A stretch of DNA of 32,730 nucleotides from Bigelowiella natans CCMP2755 (Eukaryota; Protista; Cercozoa): the NCBI GenBank assembly GCA_000320545.1, contig ADNK01003170.1, positions 1 to 32,730 of the forward strand, given 5' to 3'. Position 1 is the stretch's first letter; each line of letters starts with the position of its first letter. The notes beneath the pieces are model-generated. The model saw nothing but the letters and a program-made list of their open reading frames with translations, was not told the origin of the DNA and searched no databases. A program made the translations under genes and the position numbers. Shown in pieces: positions 23,666-32,730 of this stretch.

Positions 23666-24664
23666 TGAGTTGACACTCCTTATCTCATGGGTGGTGATCT
23701 ATATTCATATTGTATACAAGAGGGCACTGCAAATTATAACCAGAATTTCTTCCAACCAAGAGGCGCGATTTAAGCAATGGTAATCAAGTGTAGTTTAGCA
23801 CTTCGGAGGCTCGAGATATACATATCCCATCCACCCACCATTTCGAATGGGGCACAATGGCGTTACAATATTTCCGAGGGATCACTCGAGATCAGTATCC
23901 AAGAAACTCGAATGCCAGTCACTACCGGCAATCCACTAAAACAAATTTGGAGGCAACCTCGAGAGTCTCTCCGTAATTACCAGAGGTGACTACGAAGTCA
24001 AACAAAGAGAGCATGCAAAAGGACCGTAATTGTACCGTTTCCCGATATTGGTACCAACGTCGATTAATTTTCATGAGTCTAAAAATTAATGGGAATTTTC
24101 TCCTGCGACAAAGGAAATGTCCGGAGATGCTTGCCTAGTCTTCCTCGCAAGGGCTCGACTCTCTCCCAGAATATCCAGCGCTTCAAAGCGTTCTGCATTA
24201 GGTTGTTTCTGTCATAAAGTAACTACAAGTTGTTGTCTCAGTGAATAAAGGGATTGATTTTTGCCCTAATCGAAAGCAGGATCGACTGTAGATAGGAAAA
24301 ACGTACTTTGATGAGACCTTAAAGCCATCAGGGCTGTGGCTGATTTTGTACCATTTGGACACGAAAGTAGCGTCTGTCCCGTGCTTCAATCTCTCTTAAT
24401 TCTCTTTTTGCGCAATGACCTAAAACGGCGGTGGATTTTTTCACCACAGAATTGCGGAAGCGGTGGCGACAAAGGTGATCTCAGTGTATTCTTCCAACGC
24501 GAACGCAGCTTCCATGTGAAAATGTCCTGCAGTTCCATGTTTTTCTGAAGATTTCCTCTGCCCAAGGCACTAGGAGTTGGGGCTTGATAACACACAGCAG
24601 CCTTTTTACCACACATCTGTACCATCGAAGCAGCAGCCATAGATTTCATTCGCCACAAGTAACT

Positions 24665-27600
24665 ATGCCCTCAAGTGAAATGCAAACTATTCCCTCAAGC
24701 GGCCCTTCGAGCACCCTGAAATCTAAGTCAACATTAGCACAGCAAGTAGCTCAGCAATATGATCTACGATCGCTTAACGCTAAAAGTCTCGAGAGCGAGG
24801 CGAAAGTAGGCCTCGGTGCTGCAGCATCGGTTCTCAAGAAAAACTTTTCCAACGACGCAAGGAAATTGTCCATTGCTCTTGTGGAGTGTGTCGAGCTTCG
24901 GGATATGCTGTTTCATCTTTCTCGCCTACCTGTATTCTCCGGCGAGTTTGCAAAAGCATTCGCACACGATCTCGATGCGCTCGTTTGCCTCAAGAAATTG
25001 AAATACTTTTACAATCTTCCCATGGGAACGGTGAGTGCTTGTTTAGCGAAACTCGCTCAAAGATATACGAGCAAGGAGGACTGTAAGACATGGGAAAAGT
25101 ACATGTTTGCCGTGTACGATAATCAAGAATTATGTGTCAAAGGAATATTCCGCTTCATTGCGCTTGCTAGTAAGAGTGCCTCGCAGTACAAATCTCACGC
25201 AGATAGCCTCGAAAAGCTTGACCCTCATGGGGTGTATCCAACATCAATCTACAGGCAGTGCTACGCAACCACACTGTCCAATGAAGATGCTTCGAAAATC
25301 GAGTCTGTGATGAGTACCACGATTACCACCTCCATCAAGATAAAGACTGGGCTTTTGAAGAAGGAAAGTCCAGAGCTTCGCGACATATACAAGCCACTCG
25401 GCAGGTGTGTAGCAGTCATCGATAGGCAAGTTGACGGGATATACGGCAAGCAGATAGAAGACTACTTCAAGGCACACAATATTTCCCTTGTGAAGTTGGT
25501 CTATGGGGCTATGGAGAAGGATAAAGACATCAGCTCTGTCGAGAAGATACTCATTGACTTCAAGCGGGCAGGTGTAGCACGATGCGAGCCTGTTTTGATT
25601 GTCGGAGGCGGTGTGATCACTGACCTCGGAGGTTTCGCCTCTGCTCTGTATCATCGTAACACACCATACGTGATGCTATGCACGTCAATTGTGTCTGGTA
25701 TTGACGCTGGGCCATCGCCTCGAACATGCGCGGATGGTTATGGGTACAAAAACATCTACGGTGCCTACCACCCTCCTGTCGTAACCTTGACCGACCGTGC
25801 TTTCTTCAAGACGCTCCATGAAGGATGGGTGCGACACGGTGAGTGCCAGAGTAGTTGTGTGTATGTGTGAGAGTGTGTGTTTGATGCCTTCCCAAAGTTG
25901 ATGAGCTCCGAATTCATGTGAAAGTGGTGATGTAGTTGATAGATAGCCAGCCAATAGAAGATGAATCATCAGCAAACGTGAGAGTAGTAGTTGCATAAAT
26001 CTCCTCCTCATGTAGCTTTGCCCTGCTGCAGGTATTGCTGAGATCATTAAAATGGCTGTCGTGAAAGACATGTCGTTATTCGAGCTATTGGAGAAGGCAG
26101 GTCCCAAGCTCATCCGTACCAAGTTTGGCACGGAGAATCCTGAAGACAGCGAGTATGGCTCAATGTGTGACGTCATCATCGGAAAGGCTATGGAGGGATA
26201 CGTTCGTGCTGAGTACGGCAACCTGTGGGAAACTCATCAATGCAGGCCTCATGCATATGGGCACACGTGGAGTCCTGGCTACGAGATTCCATCTGGGATG
26301 CTGCACGGGCATGCTGTCGGCACTTGCATGGGATACGGAGCATACTTGGCCTATGATCAGGGCTTCATCACAGAGGAGAAGTTTCATCGTATTATGAAGC
26401 TAATCAGTGATATGGAGCTTACTCTGTACCATCCTATCATGGACAATCACGATCAGATCTGGGCAGCACAGAAAAAGGTATTTTATTTCACTCTTTGTGG
26501 GCGAAGAAGAGGTGGTGGGGATATCCTAATGTAGGTGTTTTGACGAATGGCACTAAAACGTTACGTTAACAGCAGACGCAAGCTTGAATCAATCAAAACA
26601 GCTGATCGTTCAAACTATTTTTTGATGCTTAGGTCACTGAGAAGAGGGGAGGCAACCTCTGCGCTCCAGTGCCCCGCGGCGAGATCGGCCTGTGCGGATA
26701 CATAAACGACGTTGATGAGAAGCGACTGAGAAGGACCCTGGACGAGTACAAGCAGATCTGCAAGAAGTACCCTCGCGCTGGGCTTGGCGTTGATATGCAC
26801 TGTGTGGATGTTGGCTTAGAGCCAGCAGGTACCGTAGGAATGAGGGAAACCGAATCCTTGGAGCAGCAGCAGCAGGGGGGGGAGGACTCTAAGGCGACAG
26901 TCGGCCAGAAGGGGGGCGAGCAGACCAAAGATCTTTCCTATAATGAATGGATTAAGACTTGCCAAGAGTCCCGCACACACGCACACAACGAGCGACTGGG
27001 AGGCAAGGCCATCGAGCTCGGGGCTGAGAAGCCTCCTGCCTTCAACAAGGACACGCTCTTTCACCCTACCGTTGAGGCGTATGCCACCGCTCATACAACC
27101 AAAGCCTCGAAGGACGTTGCCCGCATCTCAGAAGTGACCAAGGAAAAGAAGATGTTTGCGCCTTGCATGGTAGGGCAGCTCGAGGGGCAGTTCCTGAAGA
27201 TGATGGTTCAGATGCAAAGAGCCAACACAGTGTTGGACATCGGCACCTTCACTGGGTACTCGGCGCTCTCATTTGCGGAGGGGCTGGGTAAAGACGGGAA
27301 GGTAGTCACAATTGAAAACGACGCTAAGATCGCCGAGACCGCGGACGGGTTGTTCAAAGCAAGCTCTGTGGCTGATAAGATTGAGCTCCTGGTAGGCGAT
27401 GCTGTCCAGCACATGCAAAAACTCCTTCAACAGGGAAAGAAGTTTGATTTGATCTTCCTTGACGCCGACAAAGCAAACTACGTCAAGTATTACGAGATTG
27501 CGATGCAAGGACTCCTCAACAAAGACGGCTTCATAATGGCGGATAACTCCCTGTGCGCCCTTGTTTACCGTGAGGGAGATGCTCGTAGAGACCGCCTGCA

Positions 27601-27724
27601 CGAATTTAATGAACTTGTCAGCAAAGACCCACGTGTGGAGCAAGTTTGCCTTACCCTCCGGGAAGGAGTCACCATTATCCGCCCTACGCCTGAATTCTGG
27701 GCCTCAACCGCAAACAAGCAATGA
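24665..27724 (+). CDS. mysAB: Fused demethyl-4-deoxygadusol synthase (sedoheptulose-7-phosphate cyclase, MysA) + O-methyltransferase (MysB), 903 aa; mycosporine-like amino acid precursor synthesis
   Basis: join(24665..25838,26032..26477,26633..27724), canonical and in frame (2712 nt). Cyclase motifs EPVLIVGGGVITDLGG, GIDAG, KNIYGAYHPP, RHG/IAEIIKMAVV, AYGHTWSP, LHGHAV, YPRAGLGVD. After a Gln-rich linker come OMT motifs MVGQLEGQFLKM, VLDIGTFTGYSAL, FDLIFLDADKANY, DPRVEQVCLTLREGVTII. Confidence 0.93.
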
Positions 27725-28239
27725 GAAACAAATTTTATAGGTTTGCAACGTCAATTTATCATTAATGAATGTGGTCAAAGAAGGCAGAAAAATTGGCCCT
27801 GGTAGCGGTGCATTAGTGAACATTCGTGGCATAACCGACTTCGTAACACTAAAAAATTTTAAAATGTCGTATAATTTTGAGCACGGCGGTGTTCCGCATT
27901 GCAGGAGCGGAGAGTTCTAGGAAATTGATGTATCAGACACAAATTGGAAATGATAAACGATTATACGATATGTAAACGAACGCTCGGAATAAGCATGTAC
28001 TTCAATTGCAAAACCACCGGAATAATCATCATGTACTTCAAATGCGGAACCAAAGCAGTGAAAATAGCGCCTACAATGTGATAGTTTATCTATATGTTCA
28101 ATACTATTTTTATCAAAGCACACATTTAAGCCTATACCTACATTTATCCAACAAGCACACATAGACCATGGCAAGGGGTTTCTGTTTCGTACAATAAGTC
28201 CAAGTATACTGCATGAGTAATTCGAATAATGGGGAGAAC

Positions 28240-28690
28240 GCTGCATCACACGGCAGCGCAGGCTTATCAGCTTATGCCCGACAATATGTGCTTCGTGTGC
28301 GAGATAGCGATGTATAAACTGACGCCGCGACGATACATCATCCTACTCTAGTTTTGTTAGCCACAAAATGATACAAATAATATCTGCGGCGCATTGATAG
28401 ACTAGGGCTGCGCTATATGCACGTGACAATATTACATGTGCATATCTTATACATCATGGTACAAGAATCGTGTTAGTTAGGAGTGAATATTATGAATTAC
28501 ATTCTAGTAGCTCCTCACATCATCTACATTATCATTATCATTGTTATTCTTCTTAAATATCAACACACGCACATATATTATCGGAGCCTGCCACCCAATA
28601 AATTATCAATGATCGCTGTCTTCATTCGTCGATCTATCGATGCGCATGCAGCGCTCGCAAGTATGCACTCAACTTTTATCATTATGTGAG
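28240..28690. other. Purine-pyrimidine-alternating, short-palindrome-rich spacer between convergent mysAB and helicase genes
   Basis: gcgctatatgcacgtg, acatgtgcatat, atcgatgcgcatgcagcgct; lies between the stops at 27724 (+) and 28809 (-). Confidence 0.5.
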
Positions 28691-28808
28691 TCCTCGTCGC
28701 CGACATCAGTAACATCGGTGGATAACCTGTGACGTAACGGGCCCATCTTGTCCGTGTGCATGCTTGGACTAAAGGATCGATTAAGATCAAAGCTAGGACG
28801 ATGTACGT

Positions 28809-28963
28809 TCAAACAACCTCCAGTTCATCATATCCCCTACCCATCAGGGTCTCCTTCACGACGAATAGTTGCGAGTTAGTGATCAGCACTTCTTTTATCT
28901 CCACGTGCAGGGTGCGCGAGATCTTCTCTAACACGCACGCCCTCTCCGTTTGCACCCACACCA

Positions 28964-29007
<44 letters not shown>

Positions 29008-29226
29008 TATATCGTCTTAATGCAGCATCATCGTTCGTCTGCATTGCATGCACGCAGTCACGCACTACTCACAGGCTGTAACATACGCCGCCCCGAATCA
29101 AATCTTCTTCGTTTTTCAAAAAAATAGCGACACTGACGCCGAGAGCAAGCGAATAGAAATGAAAAAGAAAATCATAATTCATATGAAGAGAGGGAGAGAG
29201 AGAGCAAGAGAGAGAGAGAGAGAGAG

Positions 29227-29272
<46 letters not shown>

Positions 29273-30086
29273 AGCATACGCTCTTATGCGGGGGCAGTTG
29301 TAGACAGACAAGTTGTTTCCATTTTCGGGTGGGTTTCTGTGCATCTTGTTCGGTGATTTCTTCTTATACTACTACTACTAATACTACCTGATCCTGCCCG
29401 ACAAGGGTGAATACTGACGACGACGCCGCTAGCTTTCCTTTCAAACGGCCGGCTCTCCCAGCTATGAGGATGATGATGATGATGGGGTGTGTATGAGTGG
29501 TGGTAGAAGAAGAAGAAGGGCATCCATCAATAGTATTACCACCATAATACAGCACGCAAAAACGCACACGCACACACACAATACACAACACACGCATGGA
29601 AAGCCAATTTTTGATAGGGAGTGAATATTGCCCTCCTCCTTATCAAGGTCTACCCCCCTCCTCAGCCGCTCACCTCGATGGAGATAGGTCGTCGAGGAAC
29701 GTGGGATTTCCAGGTTGATCACCTGACATCATAGCAGTAGTTGTTTGTTACGGTCTATGCAGAATTTTGGGACTGCAAGTTGTTGTTGTGCAGTGTATAC
29801 TCTCTATCACTGTCAGACGACCAAGGTGTACACATGCACACATATCAACACACACACACAACCACACACACACACACACATACACACACACCACATATCA
29901 GAGGTGAAGGCTCATGCATAGGTTTCTTCTTCTTCATCATCATCATCATCATCAATTGTAGTGATTTCTATTGACACAGCTGGTACTACATACATCCGTG
30001 ACGCCTTCCACATCCATCCCCCTCGCCATTATCTCCGTCCCAACAAGAATCTGCAACCGCCCGGCCGACATCATCTCCTGGCACTG

Positions 30087-30126
<40 letters not shown>

Positions 30127-30265
30127 CATATATGGCAGCAGGTGTTGTTGATGATGATGATGACGATGATCATCATTGGATCATGGTGCTGACGGTAACA
30201 AGATACTATTTGCAATGCTACATATGCATGTTTGGAACAAATCACAGGCACCAAGACGTGAATAT

Positions 30266-30303
<38 letters not shown>

Positions 30304-31958
30304 ATACGATGAGACAGACGGAAGAAGAAACAACTGAAAAGCACTTTTTGGCGTTTCTTCTGAGCGGTGGAACACTACCTGCTTGAGCTGCCGTTTATTC
30401 GTCCTGGGGTCTATCCCTGTTGTCGTGCAAGTACAGTCAGGAGGGGAATGGGGAAGGACCGCCATAGCAGTAGCAGTAGCAGTAGGAGGAGGAGGAGGAG
30501 GAGGATGAAGAAAGAAGAAAGAGAAGAAAAACCGAATTGGTTACTACTCTCAACAGCTGCTGCTGCTGCTACTACTACTACTACTACTGGTTACTACTCT
30601 CAACAGCTGCTGCTACTACTACTACTACTACTACTACTGCTACTACTACTACTACCTCTCACATCCAGTCGGTATTGGCCTCTTAGGTGATCGATTAGCG
30701 GTGGTATGTTTGCTGGGTTACGTACGAAGACGAGTATTCCAGGACGGTTACCCCGACGCCTTTTCGAGCTGAATTTCGCTGTGGTATTCGTTGTTTTCAC
30801 CGTCAGATGGAAGGTGGTAGCGAAAAAGTAGGGGGGGGGGGGAGGGGGCGGGGGCGGGGGGGTGTATTTCTGAATCGTAACTATTTCTAGAAGTAGTAGT
30901 AGTAGTAGTAGTAGTTCTATAACTACTAGCGATACCTTCAGAGAGCGCCCTGTATAGCTTGGCAACCATATCACCCTTAGCTCGCAGCGAAGAACGCTGT
31001 TGGTTGGGTGGTTTGATTGCGTTATTTGTACGCAAACAGCAGAAATCATGGAGGAGGAAGAGGAGGGGGAGGAAGGAAACGAAGAAGAAGAAGAAGAAGA
31101 AGAAGAAGAAGAAGAAAGAGAGAAAGGATGCAAAAGTTGCGCTGCTTGCATGCAAGATGGGTTTGATAGTAGGCACGATTACTATTACGAATAGTAGTAG
31201 TAGTAGTAGTAGTAGTACCTCAGGTAGCGTCAGATAGAAGTTACTGATTCTATCCGGAAGTCTGCTACTCGGTGATGATGCGTTGAGCTTCCTTCCATTC
31301 TTCCTGCTGTCCATGCTGCTGCTGCTGCTGTTATTAGCCAGCAACCATAACCGTTGCAGATAAAGAGAAAGAAAGGGGGGGATTTTATTTCACTCTCTCT
31401 CTCTCTCTCTCTCTCTCTATGCTCATATTCATTCTCACCCGCTTTGCAATATGATATATTTATGAAATTTAGACTTTACCTGAGAAACTTGGTATTCTGT
31501 TCTGTAATGCCCAAGGTGCTTATCTTCTTTATCCTCTGCATGTATTTGTCAGCTAGCACCATGCTGTCCTGTATTGTCATAACAACAACAACAACAACAA
31601 AAACAACAACAACAAGTAGTAGTAGTAGTAGTAGTAGTGTATGTAAAGAAGCCTACTGTATTACTATCGACTGCAGCGCTCATCATCAGCAGCATCCTTC
31701 TTATTCTCTTCTTCATTCGCTGATTTCCTATCCAACTTGAGCAGCAGCTACTACTACTACTACTACTACTACTACCACTACCACCACTATATATCGATGT
31801 GGTACACATACCTGTGTCATCGAAGCACTAACGAAGACGATTTGGGCCTTGCTAGCTTGCTTCATGTCGCGTACAAGCCTGTAGAAACGTCATTCACGAA
31901 ACATCACAAAAAATGCATTTCGCTGCTATTCTTCTCTTAGTCTCCCTCGCCCTCCTGC

Positions 31959-31991
<33 letters not shown>

Positions 31992-32176
31992 ATTTTTATC
32001 ATCCATCTGCATCATCTTCTTAACTTTCCTTTCTTCGTGTTGATGATGTGCTCTGGTTGGCTCATAATAATGCCACTGTTCCTTTGTTATTCACGTCATC
32101 ATCACTAGCTAAATCGCTACCGATCAATGGCCATACGCTCCCGCTCGATGCTGATTGTCTAAACATAATATAAACA

Positions 32177-32222
<46 letters not shown>

Positions 32223-32590
32223 GATCATCATCATCGGTATGACCGGGATGGGACTTTACCTTATCTACTTCGTCTAAGACGACGGTTTTGATATCAGAGA
32301 TAGAAACTCCATAAGACTCTCGCAAGAGTGTACTGAATAATGTATATTATACATATCGTTGTTAGCAGTAGGAAGGGAGGGGGTTAGGGAAGGGAGGAGG
32401 AGGAGGAGGAGGAGGAGGAGGATATGAGTGGATAGTATATTTTATAGCTCTTTGATCGTCGTCGTTGGCCATTGTTATTGATGAAGCATATCATGAGTAA
32501 GGATGTAAATCCATCTCGCCCATACAACAGCCGTATCTATTGCTGCTGCTGCAACTGCTGCTGCTGCTACTACTTCTACTACTACCTTAG

Positions 32591-32624
<34 letters not shown>

Positions 32625-32730
32625 GTATTCATCAAACTCATCATCATTGCATAATCGTAACTCGACTGCGCTTGGTATTCCAACCACAACGTGCGGTGGG
32701 TTCTCTTCAAACTCCATCAGGTAGCTCTGA
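28809..32730 (-). CDS. Multi-exon DEAD-box RNA helicase (5' part beyond the right edge)
   Basis: Exons give motif Ib PHVVVGIP (~32680), II VVLDEVDK (~32260-32285), III IVFVSASMT (~31815-31840), IV GILVFVR (~30730), V LVGTEIMARGMDVEGVTD (~30000-30050), VINLEIPRSSTTYLHR (~29680-29722) and VI AGRAGR (~29445-29462). The probable last exon ends at 28809. Confidence 0.9.
28965..32660. repeat. Microsatellite-dense domain (introns of the helicase gene)
   Basis: (TA)n ~28970-29000, ~30090-30119 and ~32181-32221; (GA)n ~29190-29268; many (AGT)n, (CAT)n and (AAG)n tracts. Confidence 0.95.
30538..30614. repeat. 50-bp-period tandem duplication in an intron
   Basis: tggttactactctcaacagctgctgct occurs at 30538 and 30588, each followed by (CTA)n. 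Confidence 0.85.

Noticed and set aside
23777-24658. Short ORFs in the gap between the PHM-like gene and mysAB, and ORF 27917-28249
   Set aside because: No recognisable motifs or consistent splice pattern; most likely promoter, UTR or intergenic sequence.
24665-26810. Calling the cyclase 3-dehydroquinate synthase (aroB) or EEVS
   Set aside because: YGHTWSP, the KN.YGAYH motif, the C-terminal YPR.G.GVD and fusion to a MysB-type OMT fit DDG synthase better.
8953-27724. Treating the dehydrogenase, patatin and TPR genes as part of a mycosporine biosynthetic cluster
   Set aside because: They have no known role in MAA synthesis and are interspersed with housekeeping rpl12; mysC and mysD are absent.
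29995-30035. Suspected frameshift in helicase motif V
   Set aside because: On recount the five-C run keeps the frame: MARGMDVEGVTD.
30831-30862. G-rich run with G-quadruplex potential
   Set aside because: It lies in an SSR-rich intron alongside similar low-complexity tracts; there is no independent sign of function.

Overview
Eukaryotic nuclear DNA with GT-AG introns, most likely from an alga with a secondary plastid. The signal peptide plus Arg-rich transit peptide leaders without an ASAFAP motif suggest a chlorarachniophyte (inference). Manual splicing gives nine genes in strictly alternating orientation: RUN+WW protein (-, runs off the left edge), plastid/thylakoid DUF2358 SnoaL-like protein (+), FAD-linked D-lactate/glycolate dehydrogenase-family enzyme (-), plastid ribosomal protein L12 (+), patatin-like phospholipase (-), large TPR protein (+), an intronless 688-aa PHM-like copper-protein candidate (-), a fused demethyl-4-deoxygadusol synthase/O-methyltransferase (MysA-MysB; +), and a DEAD-box helicase (-, enters from the right edge). 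All four convergent gene junctions contain sequence rich in alternating purine-pyrimidine steps and short palindromes, two of them with perfect 24-26 bp GCTAGC-containing palindromes. Both flanks are saturated with microsatellites, while the central ~21 kb is almost free of them. The best candidates for new biology are the PHM-like protein with His apparently replacing the CuM Met, lying head-to-head with the mycosporine sunscreen gene, and the divergent-pair/palindromic-spacer architecture. All gene models are by-eye reconstructions; no database searches were run.
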